From contig CAWJCS010000005.1 of assembly GCA_963841435.1 (NCBI GenBank), positions 416,001-480,000 on the forward strand: a DNA stretch of 64,000 bases. Direction: 5' to 3'. The translations under genes and the position numbers were made by a program. The notes beneath the pieces were generated by a model, which had not been told where the DNA came from, did not search any database, and saw only the letters and a list, made by a program, of their open reading frames with translations. The stretch is from an uncultured delta proteobacterium. Its GTDB lineage: Bacteria; Myxococcota_A; Polyangia; Polyangiales; Polyangiaceae. This document shows, one piece after another, positions 37,730-48,550 of the stretch; position 1 is the first letter of the stretch; each line of letters starts with the position of its first letter.

Positions 37730-38563
37730 CTAGCGGCGAGACGAGCGGCGCGGAACGCCGGCGCGCGAGAGCATCGCGACGGCGATCGCGACGACGAAGC
37801 CGATCGTGGCGTGCCCTAGCACGAGGTGCGAGCGCTCGTTCATCGGACAATGAAACAAGAGCGCCAGGTTGGCGACGAGGCCCGCGAGACCGCCTGCGAG
37901 CAACGCGTTGCCGAGGGGCAACCGTTCGTGACGCTCGACGCTCCAGGCGACGATCAGCACCGGGAGCGACAGCATCGCTCCGTACGAGAAGCAGCCGAAA
38001 GCGTGGCGCAGGAACGACGGGTCATGACCGACGGCGCTCGCCACGGGCTCCATCAGGCCGAGCGCGTAGAGCGCCGGTAGGACTAGCGCGACCAGCAGTG
38101 CCACGCCCTTGGCGGCGTCCGCGACCGCTGGGCGACCGGGCGACGGAAGCAGGAGCCGCACCATCGCGAGCGCTGCGAGCGAGAACAACGCGAGCCAGGT
38201 GGCGAGCGAGAGCGCGGGATAGGTCGCGAAGTCGGGCCGCAACTTGGCGGCGGCGGAGGCGACCCCGAGTGCGCCCGCAGCGACGAGCAACCCGCCGCGC
38301 ACGCGCGTGGGACGGCTTCGGAGCCAGGCACGCGGCCCCACCTCGGCGGTCAGCGAGCGCTCGAGCGACGCCCAGAGCTCCTTTTCCGGAGCCGGCACGG
38401 GCTCGTTCGACGCGAGCGCACGGCCGAGCTGCGCTTCGTCGGCGAAGAGCTCGGAGCAAGACTCACAGTCTGCCACGTGGTCGGATACCTCCGGACCCTC
38501 GGGAAGATGTCCGGCACGGAAAGCATCGCGAATCTCGGAGCAGCCCACGGGTCGTTCCGTCAT
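37730..38563 (-). CDS. NrsF/DUF1109-like membrane anti-sigma factor with an N-terminal HxxxCxxC motif
   Basis: HVADCESC; about six TM; FGCF and FHCP....HLVLGH; ATGA-type coupling to the ECF gene. Confidence 0.8.
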   Translation of the reverse strand: MTERPVGCSEIRDAFRAGHLPEGPEVSDHVADCESCSELFADEAQLGRALASNEPVPAPEKELWASLERSLTAEVGPRAWLRSRPTRVRGGLLVAAGALGVASAAAKLRPDFATYPALSLATWLALFSLAALAMVRLLLPSPGRPAVADAAKGVALLVALVLPALYALGLMEPVASAVGHDPSFLRHAFGCFSYGAMLSLPVLIVAWSVERHERLPLGNALLAGGLAGLVANLALLFHCPMNERSHLVLGHATIGFVVAIAVAMLSRAGVPRRSSRR

Positions 38564-39132
38564 ATGCCTGCTCCATGGGCTGGGTTACCGCCGTGCCGCG
38601 CGGCCCGGAGGTCGCCGAGCAGGGCGCGGAGCCCGTTGTAGCCGCGGTGGGCGCGCACTTTGGCGGCCGTGGCGCCGATTCCGAGGCACTCGGCAACCTC
38701 CGGAAACGAAAGGCCACCGAACCAGTGCAGCTCGATCACCTCGCGCTGGTCGGCGGGGATCTTCTCGAGCGCCCAGGAGAGCGTCTGCTGCGCCTCCGCG
38801 CGCTGCTGGCCGAGCGGCGGCACGGCGATCTCGACGGGAACCTCCCCGGCGGGCGCCTCGGGACGCCGCTTGCGGGAGCGGAAGTATTCCCGCTTGAGGT
38901 TCAAGGCGATGGTGAACATCCAGGGTTTGAAGCGCTGCGTATCGTCGAAGTCGAACCTCGCCCGATGCAGCTGTAAAAAAGCCTGCTGGACGAGGTCCTG
39001 CGCTATGTCGGGCTGGCGGAGATCCCGGGCCAAAAGACGCACGAGCACGCTCGCGTAGCGTTGAAAGAGCTCGCGAAAGGCGCCAGGGTCCCCTTCCCTG
39101 TAGGCGCGCATTAGCTCTTCGTCGGAACGCAT
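38560..39132 (-). CDS. ECF RNA polymerase sigma factor
   Basis: SDEELM..GD..AF.ELF.RY, DLVQ..F, FKPWMFTIALN, GLSFPEVA..LG....KVRAHRG. Confidence 0.93.
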   Translation of the reverse strand: MRSDEELMRAYREGDPGAFRELFQRYASVLVRLLARDLRQPDIAQDLVQQAFLQLHRARFDFDDTQRFKPWMFTIALNLKREYFRSRKRRPEAPAGEVPVEIAVPPLGQQRAEAQQTLSWALEKIPADQREVIELHWFGGLSFPEVAECLGIGATAAKVRAHRGYNGLRALLGDLRAARHGGNPAHGAGI

Positions 39133-39248
39133 GGCGAACGCAGGGTACCCGCTCGGGACGCCCCGTCAGGTACGGTGGGCCCCCGCGGGCGGTTGCAACC
39201 GAACGTTCGATTCCACGAGGGCGCGCTCTTTTCCGGCGGCGGGCGCCC

Positions 39249-39704
39249 TCAGCCGGGAGTTCGCACCGCGAGCACGGGGCACGGCGCGAGCCGGACCACG
39301 CGTTCGGCGACGCTGCCGATCAGGGCACGCGAGAGGCCCGTGCGGCCGTTCGTGCCGATCACGATGAGGTCGTAGCTGCCCGCCTTGGCCGCCTCGACGA
39401 TGGAGTGCGCCGGCGAGCCCGGCTCGGCGCGCGCGGAGCCGATCGGCAGACCGCGCCCCGTCGCGTCGCTCACGAGCTGCTTCAGCGCTTCCTCCGCGCC
39501 GCTCCGCACCGTCTCGACGAGCGAGTGCACGGGTGCGCCCAGGTCGAGCGTCGTCCCCGGTGGCACGAAGCTCGGCACCTCCCAGACGTGCAAGAGGTCC
39601 AGCGTGGCGCCGAACGCGCGCGCGACGGTCGCTGCGTAGTCGAGCGCGGCGCGCGACGGTTCGGAGAAATCGACGGGCACGAGGATGCGGCGAATCGACG
39701 ACAT
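39249..39704 (-). CDS. Universal stress protein
   Basis: RILVPVDFSEPS; DLIVIGTNGRTG....IGSVAERVVR.APCPVL. Confidence 0.95.
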   Translation of the reverse strand: MSSIRRILVPVDFSEPSRAALDYAATVARAFGATLDLLHVWEVPSFVPPGTTLDLGAPVHSLVETVRSGAEEALKQLVSDATGRGLPIGSARAEPGSPAHSIVEAAKAGSYDLIVIGTNGRTGLSRALIGSVAERVVRLAPCPVLAVRTPG

Positions 39705-39764
39705 GCGCGCGGTAGTGTACACAGTCGGGCGACCCTGGCACGGGTCGTGGAGGCGCAGGCACTC

Positions 39765-40889
39765 ATGCCCCACGAGGACGCGAAGCAAATGAACGCCGGT
39801 TCGTCACCCGCGAGCGGCGGGCGCGTGGAACGGCTCGTCCAGAGCGTGCTTCCGGGAGCGCAAATCCTGCGTGTCGTGCCCTTCCGCCCGGACACCGCGA
39901 CGGACGACGAGAGCACGAAGGCTCAGGGCTACGGAGCTCCGCTGCGCATCGACGCACGGCACGGCGGGCGCGACCTGTCGCTCGTCTTGCACACGGTGAC
40001 GGCCAACGACTTCGGCCACGATCGGCGCGCCGACAGGGCCGCTGAGGTGCTGCTCGCTGCGGACACGTTCGGGAGCATCCCTCGTCACGTCAACGTTCTG
40101 GACGTGGGGGCTTATCGTGGCAAGGGCTTCGTGTCGCTCGCGGGCACCGGCGAGTTCTACCTCTTGACGACCCACGCACCCGGTAGCGTGTACGCCGAGG
40201 ATCTGCGGCGCATCGCAAGCCGCGGCAGCGCGGAGCCGGGCGACCTCGAGCGCCACCGAGCGCTCGTCGCGTACCTTGCCGGGCTGCACGAGCCCGTGCG
40301 CGGCGGCTCCCCGGCCGCGTACACACGCTCCGTGCGCGACACGTTCGGCAGCGGCGAAGGCGTGCTCGGCATCGTCGACGGCTATCCGGACGAGACGCCT
40401 GCGGCGCCCCGAGCGCGCCTCGAGCGCATCGAGGAACGCTGCCTCGCCGCCCACTTTCGGCTCGAGCGGCAACACGGGCGGCTGCGGCGCATTCACGGCG
40501 ACTTTCACCCGTTCAACGTGCTCTTCGGCGAGGAGCCGGAGCCCTTTGTCCTCGACACGAGCCGCGGGTCACTCGGTGACCCGGCCGACGACGTTGCGTG
40601 CATGGCCATCAACTTCGCGTTCTTCGCGCTGGGACACCCGGGAGCGTGGCGCGGGGCGTTCAGGACGCTGTGGCACGGCTTCTGGAACGAGTACGTCGAG
40701 CGTACGAACGACGGCGGGCTCTTCGAGGCGGCGCCGCTGTTCCTCGCCTGGCGTGGCCTCGTGCTCGCGAGCCCCGCCTGGTACCCCGAGCTCGAAAGCG
40801 CCAATCGCGAGCGCCTGCTCGGCTTCGTCGAGCGCGTGCTCGAGGGTGCGTTCACCCCGGCAGTGGCCGAGGAGTTCTTCGACTCGTGA
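39765..40889 (+). CDS. APH/choline-kinase-like phosphotransferase
   Basis: Brenner-type HGDFHPFN, LDTSRG..GDPADD. Confidence 0.8.
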   Translation: MPHEDAKQMNAGSSPASGGRVERLVQSVLPGAQILRVVPFRPDTATDDESTKAQGYGAPLRIDARHGGRDLSLVLHTVTANDFGHDRRADRAAEVLLAADTFGSIPRHVNVLDVGAYRGKGFVSLAGTGEFYLLTTHAPGSVYAEDLRRIASRGSAEPGDLERHRALVAYLAGLHEPVRGGSPAAYTRSVRDTFGSGEGVLGIVDGYPDETPAAPRARLERIEERCLAAHFRLERQHGRLRRIHGDFHPFNVLFGEEPEPFVLDTSRGSLGDPADDVACMAINFAFFALGHPGAWRGAFRTLWHGFWNEYVERTNDGGLFEAAPLFLAWRGLVLASPAWYPELESANRERLLGFVERVLEGAFTPAVAEEFFDS

Positions 40890-41422
40890 GCGCCGGCGTC
40901 GTGATTTGGGTCACGGGGCTGCCATCGGCGGGCAAGACGACGTTCGCGAAGCGCCTCGTCGAGGGCTTGCGCGCTCGCGGCGACGCCGCTTGCCTGCTCG
41001 ACGGCGACGCCGTGCGCGAGACGCTCGTGCCGAAGGTCGGCTACGCGCCCGAGGAGCGCGACGCCTTCTACGCGACGCTCGCCGGGCTCGCGGCGCTGCT
41101 GGCGAGCCAGGGACTCACGGCCGTCATCGCGGCCACGGCGCATCGGAAAGCGTTCAGAGAGCGTGCGCGCGCCCTGTCGCCGGCGTTCCTCGAGGTGTTC
41201 GTGGACACGCCGCTCGAGGAGTGCGAGCGACGCGACGCGAAGGGGCTCTACGACGAGAGCCGCGCCGGTAAGGTGCGAGCGCTGCCCGGCGCGGGCGCCG
41301 CCTACGAGCCTCCCGAGGCGCCCGACGTCGTGGCCCACGGCGGTCGCGACGCCGACGCCCTGGGGCGGGCGCTCGCGCAATCGGTGCGCTCGCACTCGGT
41401 CGATCCGAAGGGCGCGCACTAA
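40886..41422 (+). CDS. Adenylyl-sulfate kinase-like P-loop kinase
   Basis: [34 protein letters not shown] overlap with the upstream gene. Confidence 0.85.
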   Translation: MSAGVVIWVTGLPSAGKTTFAKRLVEGLRARGDAACLLDGDAVRETLVPKVGYAPEERDAFYATLAGLAALLASQGLTAVIAATAHRKAFRERARALSPAFLEVFVDTPLEECERRDAKGLYDESRAGKVRALPGAGAAYEPPEAPDVVAHGGRDADALGRALAQSVRSHSVDPKGAH

Positions 41423-41481
41423 TTACCGGTCGCTCAGGGCACGAGGCGCTCCCTCGTCGCTCTTCCGAAAAAAACCGCGAC

Positions 41482-41497
41482 TGGTACGAGCCTTGCT
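41482..41497 (+). promoter_or_regulatory. sigma54 promoter of the ABC exporter operon
   Basis: TGGTACGAGCCTTGCT. Confidence 0.7.
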
Positions 41498-41510
41498 CGG
41501 CGGAGTCCGC

Positions 41511-42260
41511 GTGTCGCCGTTCGGTCGTGCCCCCACCGCCCTAGCCGGAGCCCCTTCGGATGCACTGCTTTCGTGCCAGGGGATCAAGAAGGTCTACCGC
41601 ATGGGGGAAGTCGACGTGCGGGCGCTCGATGGCGTGGATTTCGCGCTCAAGGGCGGCGAGCTTCTCGTGCTGCTTGGCGTTTCCGGCAGCGGAAAATCCA
41701 CGTTGCTCAACATCCTCGGGGGCCTCGACGTGCCGACCGAAGGCCGGGTGATCTTCGGCGACACCGAGCTCAGCGACGCGGACGAGGACGTGCTCACGGA
41801 CTACCGCCGCCACCACGTGGGCTTCGTGTTCCAGTTCTACAATCTGATTCCGAGCCTCACGGCGCGCGAGAACGTGGCGCTCGTCACGGATATTTCGGAC
41901 GACCCGCTCGATCCCGAAGAGGCCCTCGAGCTCGTGGGTCTCGGCGAACGGCTCGACCATTTCCCCGCGCAGCTCTCGGGCGGCGAGCAACAACGCGTGG
42001 CCATCGCGCGAGCGATCGCCAAACGGCCCTCGGTGCTGCTCTGCGACGAGCCGACCGGGGCCCTGGACTTTCGCACCGGCATCCTGGTTCTCGAGGTGCT
42101 CGAGCGCGTGAACGCAGAGCTCCGCACGGCGACGGCGGTCATCACGCACAACGCACCGATCGCCGACATCGCCGATCGCGTCGTGACGCTCGCCGACGGG
42201 CGCGTGCAGAGCGACCGCATGACGACCGACCGCGTGCACGCCCGAGACCTCAGGTGGTGA
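41511..42260 (+). CDS. MacB/LolD-type ABC transporter ATP-binding protein
   Basis: [32 protein letters not shown]; start inferred. Confidence 0.93.
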   Translation: MSPFGRAPTALAGAPSDALLSCQGIKKVYRMGEVDVRALDGVDFALKGGELLVLLGVSGSGKSTLLNILGGLDVPTEGRVIFGDTELSDADEDVLTDYRRHHVGFVFQFYNLIPSLTARENVALVTDISDDPLDPEEALELVGLGERLDHFPAQLSGGEQQRVAIARAIAKRPSVLLCDEPTGALDFRTGILVLEVLERVNAELRTATAVITHNAPIADIADRVVTLADGRVQSDRMTTDRVHARDLRW

Positions 42261-42267
42261 GCGAGCC

Positions 42268-44637
42268 ATGTGGATGACGACGCTCGACAAGAAGCTCTTG
42301 CGCGAGACCTCGCGTCTCAAGGGGCAGATCATCACCATCGCGCTCGTGCTTGCGAGCGGAATCGTCTGCTTCATCTCCTTGCGCGGTTGCTATGCCTCGC
42401 TCCAGCGCGCGCGCGAGGCCTACTACGACCGCTATCGCTTCGCGGACGTGTTCGCGCGGGCGGAGCGTGTCCCCGAGGTCGTTGCACGCCGCATCGAGGC
42501 GCTGCCCGGCGTCCAGACCATCGAAACCCGCGTGGCCGAGGAGGTGACGCTGCCCATCGAGGGGATGCCGCGCCCGGCCTACGGGCGCCTCTTGTCCCTG
42601 CCCACCGCCCGCGAGCCCGCGACGAACGCCCTTTATCTTCGCCGCGGCAGGATGCCCGAGCGCGGGCGCGACGACGAGATCGTCGTGCTCGAGTCCTTCG
42701 CGGAAGCGCACGGGCTCGACCCGGGCCACCGCGTGCCGATCGTCTTGAACGGCAAGCGGCGCTCGTTTCGCGTCGTCGGCGTCGCGCTCTCGCCGGAGTT
42801 CGTGTACGCGATCCGCCCCGGCGCCATCGTCGACGATCCCAAGCGCCACGCGGTCTTGTGGATGGAGCGAACGGCGCTGGCGTCCGCCTTCGAGCTCGGC
42901 GGCGCTTTCAACGACGTGACGCTGAGGCTCGCGCCCAGTGCCTCCGAGCAGGCCGTGATGAAAGCCGTGGATCGCATCCTCGCCCCCTACGGAGGCACCG
43001 GCGCGATCGGGCGAAAGGACCAGATTTCGAACAAGATCGTCACCCAGGAGCTCGACCAGCTCCGCATGCTTTCGACGATGATCCCCGCGGTATTTCTGGG
43101 GGTCGCCGCGTTTCTGGTCAATCTCGTGCTCGGGCGCCTGATTCGCCTGCATCGCGGCGAGATCGCGACGCTGAAGGCCGTCGGGTACTCGAACGGCCAG
43201 GTGGGGCGCCACTACCTCGGGCTCGTGCTCGTCGTGCTCGTGCCCGGCAGCCTGCTCGGCGTGTTGCTCGGCATCGCGCTCGGCCGGCGCGTCCTCGCGC
43301 TCTACGCGGCGACCTTCCGCTTCCCGGACCTCGCCTTCGACGCGTCGCTGTCGCTCGTGGCGTCGGCCGTGCTCGTGAGCGGCGCCGCGGCGCTCGTGGG
43401 CGGGCTCGGCGCCGTCCGCTCGGCGATCAAGATGCCCCCCGCCGAGGCGATGCAGCCGCCGGCGCCAGCCCGCTACAGAAAGAGCCTGCTCGAGCGCTTC
43501 GGGCTCGGCATGCTCTTCGGCACGAGCGGCCTGATGATCCTGCGCGAGGTCGCGCGGCGCCCGCTGCGCACGCTGTTCTCGTCGCTCGGCGTCGCGGGCG
43601 CCGTGTCCTTGATGATCCTCGCGCACTTCGGCTGGGATTCGATCCTCGCCTACTTCGAGGGCACGTTTCGGCGCGAGCAACGGCAGGATCTTTCGGTGCT
43701 GTTCGCGAAGCCCGTGTCACCGCGCGTCGTGACGGAGCTGCGCGGCACGCCGGGGGTCATCAGCGCCGAAGGCGTACGCGCCGTCCCCGTGCGCATCAGT
43801 CATGAGCATCGCCAGCGCGACAGCGTGATCATGGGGCTGCCGCGCGGGGCGACGCTGCGCCGCCTCGTGGGGCGCGGCGGCAGCGAGGTGCGCCTGCCCG
43901 AGGACGGCATCGTGCTCGAAAAGACGCTCGGCCAGGTGCTGGGACTGCGCGTCGGCGACCGCGCCGAGATCGAGGTGCGCGAGGGCTCGCGCAAGACGGT
44001 GTACCCCGTCGTGGTCGGCTTCGTCGACGAGGCCGTGGGGCTCTCGATGTACGCGCAAGCGGGCTACGTGGCGTCGCTCGAGGGGGATCTGGGTGCCGTT
44101 TCGTCGGTGCTGCTGCGCGTGGATCCGCGCGAGGCGGATCGCATCGACGAGCGCCTGCGCCGCTCGCCGCGCATCATCGACGTATCGGACGTGACGGGCG
44201 ACATGCAGCGCATGCTCGACATGAACGCCTCGATCATGGACGTGTGGACGGCCGTTTCGATAGCGCTCGCGGCGAGCGTCGTGTTCGGCGTGGTCTACAA
44301 CAACGCACGAATCGGGCTGTCGGCACGCAGCCGTGACCTGGCGAGCCTGCGCGTGCTCGGCTTCACGCGCCGCGAGGTCTCGATCATCCTGCTCGGGGGC
44401 CAGGCGCTCGAGGTGGGGCTCGCCATCCCGATCGGGCTCTACCTCGGTCGCGCCTGGGCGCGCGCGTTCATGAAATCCGTGGATCAAGAGATGTATCGCT
44501 GGGCCGTGACGATCGCGCCGCGCACCTACCTGCTCTCGGCCTCCGTGACGCTTTTCGCGGCGGTGGTGAGCGGGCTTTGGGTGCGAAAAAGCCTCGACGA
44601 TCTCGACCTCGTCGGCGTGCTCAAGGCCAGAGAGTGA
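42268..44637 (+). CDS. FtsX/MacB-type ABC transporter permease (duplicated)
   Basis: Two MacB periplasmic plus FtsX halves; [10 protein letters not shown] and [10 protein letters not shown]. Confidence 0.92.
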   Translation: MWMTTLDKKLLRETSRLKGQIITIALVLASGIVCFISLRGCYASLQRAREAYYDRYRFADVFARAERVPEVVARRIEALPGVQTIETRVAEEVTLPIEGMPRPAYGRLLSLPTAREPATNALYLRRGRMPERGRDDEIVVLESFAEAHGLDPGHRVPIVLNGKRRSFRVVGVALSPEFVYAIRPGAIVDDPKRHAVLWMERTALASAFELGGAFNDVTLRLAPSASEQAVMKAVDRILAPYGGTGAIGRKDQISNKIVTQELDQLRMLSTMIPAVFLGVAAFLVNLVLGRLIRLHRGEIATLKAVGYSNGQVGRHYLGLVLVVLVPGSLLGVLLGIALGRRVLALYAATFRFPDLAFDASLSLVASAVLVSGAAALVGGLGAVRSAIKMPPAEAMQPPAPARYRKSLLERFGLGMLFGTSGLMILREVARRPLRTLFSSLGVAGAVSLMILAHFGWDSILAYFEGTFRREQRQDLSVLFAKPVSPRVVTELRGTPGVISAEGVRAVPVRISHEHRQRDSVIMGLPRGATLRRLVGRGGSEVRLPEDGIVLEKTLGQVLGLRVGDRAEIEVREGSRKTVYPVVVGFVDEAVGLSMYAQAGYVASLEGDLGAVSSVLLRVDPREADRIDERLRRSPRIIDVSDVTGDMQRMLDMNASIMDVWTAVSIALAASVVFGVVYNNARIGLSARSRDLASLRVLGFTRREVSIILLGGQALEVGLAIPIGLYLGRAWARAFMKSVDQEMYRWAVTIAPRTYLLSASVTLFAAVVSGLWVRKSLDDLDLVGVLKARE

Positions 44638-44644
44638 GAGCAAC

Positions 44645-45952
44645 ATGAACCTTCTACCCGCCGAATCACCTTCGTCGCCGCGCGACGCGGCAAACGACGC
44701 ACCTCGCCGCGCCGAGCTCGACGCCAAGCGGCGCCACGCTCGCGAGCACCGCCGGCGCCTGGGCCGCAACGTTCGCTATGCGGTGCTCGGGTTGCTCGCC
44801 GCGGGCGCCGCCGTCGCCGCCGTGCTCGCGCTCAGGCCCCAACCCGTGCCGGTCGACGTTGCAGAGGTCGCACGCGGCACGCTGAGCGTCGCCATCGAGG
44901 AGAGCGGCGTCACGCGAGTGAAGGATCGCTTCGTGTTGTCGGCGCCCGTGACGGGCAGCGTGTCGCGGCTCGGGCTCGAGCCGGGCGATACCGTGAAAGC
45001 CGGCGATGCGCTCGCCGAGATAGCCCCCGCGCTGTCACCGCTGCTCGACGCGCGCACGCGCGCAGAAGCCGAGGCGCGGCTCGGGGCGGCGCTTTCCGCG
45101 CAGGGACAGGCCCGCGCCCAGGTGGCGCGCGCCAAGGTGGCCCAGGAACTCGCCGAGCAGGAGCTCGTGCGCGCGAAGAAGCTCGCTCAAACTCGCTCCA
45201 TCCCCGCGCAGGCGCTCGAGGAGGCGGAGTTCGTCACGCGCCTGCGCACCGAGGAGCTCCACTCGGCCGACTTCGCGAGCAAGGTGGCGACCGAGGAGGT
45301 GCGCGTCGCACGCGTTTCGCTCGGGCGCGATTCGAAGGGGGCCTCGACGACGGGTGATCGGCATGTCAACGTGCTCTCGCCCGTGTCCGGTCGCGTGCTC
45401 CGCGTCCACCAGAAGAGCGCGAGCGTGGTCCAGGCCGGCACACCGCTCGTCGAGGTCGGTGACCCGGAGCGACTCGAGGTCGTCGTCAACGTGCTCACGA
45501 CCGACGCGGTCCGCATCGCGCCGGGCACGCCCGTCGCGATCCGCGGCTGGGGTGGCGACCACGACGTCGCCGGTCGCGTGAGCCGCATCGAGCCCTCCGC
45601 GTTCACTCGTCCGTCGGCACTCGGTGTCGACGAGCAACGCGTCAACGTCGTCGTGGCCCTCACCGACCCGCGCGAGCGCTGGGCGAGCCTGGGCGACGGC
45701 TACCGGGTCGAGGCGCGGCTCGTGCTTTACCGGGCGGACGGCGTGCTCAAGGTGCCGCTCGGGGCGATCTTCCGGCGCGGCGACGGCTGGGCCGCCTACC
45801 GCGTCAACGGCGGCGTCGCGCACCTCGTCGACGTGAAGGTGGGACACCGCGGTGAGACCGAAGCCGAGCTCACCGGGTTGCCGCTCGGAGCGTCGGTTGC
45901 CGTGCACCCGGGCGATCGCGTCAAGGAGGGCGCACGCGTCGAGCCACGCTAG
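44645..45952 (+). CDS. HlyD/efflux periplasmic adaptor subunit
   Basis: N-terminal TM, SAPVTG..GD.V..G, SPVSG.VL, SALGVDEQRVNV. Confidence 0.9.
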   Translation: MNLLPAESPSSPRDAANDAPRRAELDAKRRHAREHRRRLGRNVRYAVLGLLAAGAAVAAVLALRPQPVPVDVAEVARGTLSVAIEESGVTRVKDRFVLSAPVTGSVSRLGLEPGDTVKAGDALAEIAPALSPLLDARTRAEAEARLGAALSAQGQARAQVARAKVAQELAEQELVRAKKLAQTRSIPAQALEEAEFVTRLRTEELHSADFASKVATEEVRVARVSLGRDSKGASTTGDRHVNVLSPVSGRVLRVHQKSASVVQAGTPLVEVGDPERLEVVVNVLTTDAVRIAPGTPVAIRGWGGDHDVAGRVSRIEPSAFTRPSALGVDEQRVNVVVALTDPRERWASLGDGYRVEARLVLYRADGVLKVPLGAIFRRGDGWAAYRVNGGVAHLVDVKVGHRGETEAELTGLPLGASVAVHPGDRVKEGARVEPR

Positions 45953-46093
45953 AGTGGCGCCTTTCGGGCTTGGAAGAACCGATCGCTTGTAGGGGCTACG
46001 CAGGTTCTGCGCCGCGGCCCGCAGGCAACGCAAGTTGCGCGGGAGGTTGCGCGTCGGGGGAGCGCGTCACGCCGGATTCAGGGTCTCGGGCGA

Positions 46094-46109
46094 CGGCACG
46101 GTTTCTGCT
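46094..46109 (+). promoter_or_regulatory. sigma54 promoter
   Basis: CGGCACGGTTTCTGCT, 30 bp before the DUF2892 start; AGGAGG RBS in between. Confidence 0.65.
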
Positions 46110-46138
46110 TCTGCAAGAGGTCAGGAGGTCCCGTCCCC

Positions 46139-46366
46139 ATGAAGTGCAACGTGAACCACCTCGACCGTGCCATCCGCCTCGGCGCAGGCATGTTCCTGCT
46201 CGCGACCCCGCTCCTCGATCTGCACACGTACCCGGTAAACCTTTTCGGGATCGTGCTGATCGGCACTGGGCTCGCAGGGTTCTGCCCGCTCTACGCCGCC
46301 ATCCGCGCGCTCGTGCCGAAGCGTGAGCACGGCCTGCGCGAGGCGCACGCCACCGTTCGCCACTGA
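46139..46366 (+). CDS. DUF2892 (YgaP-like) membrane protein
   Basis: MKCNV..LDRAIR..G..TGLAGFCPLY. Confidence 0.88.
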   Translation: MKCNVNHLDRAIRLGAGMFLLATPLLDLHTYPVNLFGIVLIGTGLAGFCPLYAAIRALVPKREHGLREAHATVRH

Positions 46367-46424
46367 GCCACGAAGCGCGGCCGCGGGCGCCCCGTCAATC
46401 CCGATCGTGGCAGAGGGAAGCGCG

Positions 46425-48107
46425 ATGGGAAAGCTCCACCTCGCCCTGCTCTGGCATCAGCATCAGCCGCTCTACCGCGACCTCGGCCAGCGCGAGGCCG
46501 CGGGCGCCTACCGGCTGCCGTGGGTCCGTCTCCACGCCCTCCGCGACTATTACTCGATGGCCGCGCTCGCGGGGGCCCGGCCGGGGCTCGCGCTCACCAT
46601 CAATCTGACGCCCGTGCTGACGTGGCAGCTCGAGGACTACGCCGAGCGCGGCGCCACCGATCGCGCGCTCGAGCTCACTCTGAAGCGCGCCGAGACCCTC
46701 GATGCCGACGAGCGACACGAGATGCTCTCGACGTTCTTCCACGCCAGTGTCGAACGCCAAATCGCGCCGTATCCGCGCTACCACGAGCTCCTTCGGCGTC
46801 GTGACGAGCGGGCGCGCTTCGCCTCCGAAGATTTGCGCGACCTCGCGGCCTGGTTCAGCCTCGCCTGGTTCAACGAGGAGTTTCGCACCGGCGCCGTGCG
46901 CCTCGTGACGGGCGAAACGGCGAGCGTTGCGCGGTTCGTCGAGCAGGGCGGCGGTTTTTCGCCGGCCGATCTCGAATCGATCGTCGGCGAGCAGCAGAAG
47001 ATCCTCCGCGCTGTCATCCCGCTCCACCGCGCCCTCCAGGAAGCCGGCAGCATCGAGATCTCGACGACACCGTACTTTCACCCGATCTTGCCCATCCTCG
47101 TCGACAGCGACACGGCGACGCTCGACGCGCCGGGGAGTCGCCCCCGCCCCTTTCGACATCCGGAAGATGCTCGAGCCCAGATCGCTCTCGCGATCGAGCA
47201 CCACGTGGCGCTGTTCGGTGGGCGCCCTCACGGGATGTGGCCCGCCGAGGGTGCCGTGAGCCAGGCGACCGTCGGGCTCCTCGCCGAACAAGGCGTGACC
47301 TGGATCGCCACCGACCGGGGCGTGCTCGAGCGCTCGGGGCGCTTCGGCTACCGCGCCGACGACCCGAACGTGCTTTGCCGCCCGTACCGCGCCGAGGAGG
47401 GCGGCCAGGCGCTCGCGGTGTTTTTCCGCGAGCGCGAGCTGTCCGACAAGATCGGCTTCGACTACCACCGGTATGCCGACCAGGACGGCGCCGCGCGCGA
47501 GTTCATCGACCACCTGCACCGCGAGCTCCTCGACCGTCTCGACCCCGGCGAGGACCACGTGGTGTCGATCGTGCTCGATGGGGAGAACGCCTGGGGTGCC
47601 TACCCGCACGACGGACGGGATTTTCTGAGCGCTCTCTACGGCCGGGTCGTGGCCGATCCGGACATCGTTCCCACGACCTTTTCGGGATACCTCGCAGGAG
47701 ATGCCGCGCGCCCGCCGCACGGCCTCGCGGACCTCACGCGCGTTTACGACCTTTACACGGGCTCGTGGATCGACCAGGCGGGCTCTGCCCCGGGCGTCAA
47801 CCTCGGCACGTGGATCGGTCACGACGAGGAGAACCGAGCCTGGAACGCGCTCGGCGACGCACGCGACGCTCTCGAGCGGGCGGGCAAGACGCCCGAGAGC
47901 TTCCCCGCCGCATTCCACGCGCTCTATGCGGCCGAGGGCAGCGACTGGTTCTGGTGGTTCGGCGAGGATCAGGGCTCGGATTGGGATCCCGAGCTCGACG
48001 CGCTCTTCCGCGCACACGTGCGGCAGGCGTACCTCGAGGGCGGCCTGTCGCCGCCGGCAAGCCTCGAGCAGCCCATCGCCGCGCGACTGAGACACACGGG
48101 AAGCTGA
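46425..48107 (+). CDS. Glycoside hydrolase family 57 (amylopullulanase-like)
   Basis: LWHQHQPLY, TPYFHPILP, GMWPAEG, LDGENAW, AEGSDWFWW. Confidence 0.93.
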   Translation: MGKLHLALLWHQHQPLYRDLGQREAAGAYRLPWVRLHALRDYYSMAALAGARPGLALTINLTPVLTWQLEDYAERGATDRALELTLKRAETLDADERHEMLSTFFHASVERQIAPYPRYHELLRRRDERARFASEDLRDLAAWFSLAWFNEEFRTGAVRLVTGETASVARFVEQGGGFSPADLESIVGEQQKILRAVIPLHRALQEAGSIEISTTPYFHPILPILVDSDTATLDAPGSRPRPFRHPEDARAQIALAIEHHVALFGGRPHGMWPAEGAVSQATVGLLAEQGVTWIATDRGVLERSGRFGYRADDPNVLCRPYRAEEGGQALAVFFRERELSDKIGFDYHRYADQDGAAREFIDHLHRELLDRLDPGEDHVVSIVLDGENAWGAYPHDGRDFLSALYGRVVADPDIVPTTFSGYLAGDAARPPHGLADLTRVYDLYTGSWIDQAGSAPGVNLGTWIGHDEENRAWNALGDARDALERAGKTPESFPAAFHALYAAEGSDWFWWFGEDQGSDWDPELDALFRAHVRQAYLEGGLSPPASLEQPIAARLRHTGS

Positions 48108-48219
48108 CCCGAGCGAAGAGCGCCCCATGGGCAGCGGCACGGAATGCGCACCCGGACCCGAAACGAGACGTTTCTTGCACGCCGAGTGCCCCGGCGCGCG
48201 CCAACGCGCACGTCGCGCT

Positions 48220-48235
48220 TGGTACGCCTGTTGCT
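48220..48235 (+). promoter_or_regulatory. sigma54 promoter
   Basis: TGGTACGCCTGTTGCT, ending 12 nt before the ATG at 48248. Confidence 0.72.
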
Positions 48236-48247
48236 TACATCCGAGTC

Positions 48248-48550
48248 ATGGCGACCCACCGAGTCCAATCGACGCGCACCGACGCCGCCAAGCCACTGCG
48301 GGTGGCAGACGTGATGCGACATCACGTGGCGACGGTATCGCCCCGCACGAGCCTCGCGGAGGCCTCGCGGACGATGGAGGAGTGCGGCTGTGGCTTCCTG
48401 CCCGTCGTCGATGCGCACGGTGCGGTGTGCGGCGTGGTGACCGATCGCGACATCGTGGTGCGTGCCTGCGCGAAGGGGGCAAACGTCGCCGAAACCAGGG
48501 TCTCGGAGGTGATGACGGTCGACGTCGTGAGCTGCCCGGTTGGGCGCTGA
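48248..48550 (+). CDS. CBS-domain protein, apparently truncated after the first CBS motif
   Basis: RVADVM..GFLPVVD..GVVTDRDIVVR..RVSEVMTVDVVSC, then a stop. Confidence 0.75.
   Translation: MATHRVQSTRTDAAKPLRVADVMRHHVATVSPRTSLAEASRTMEECGCGFLPVVDAHGAVCGVVTDRDIVVRACAKGANVAETRVSEVMTVDVVSCPVGR

Noticed and set aside
39736-39751. sigma54 promoter TGGCACGGGTCGTGGA upstream of the APH-like gene
   Set aside because: Perfect -24 but GG instead of GC at -12, and no enhancer motif seen upstream; plausible but not listed.
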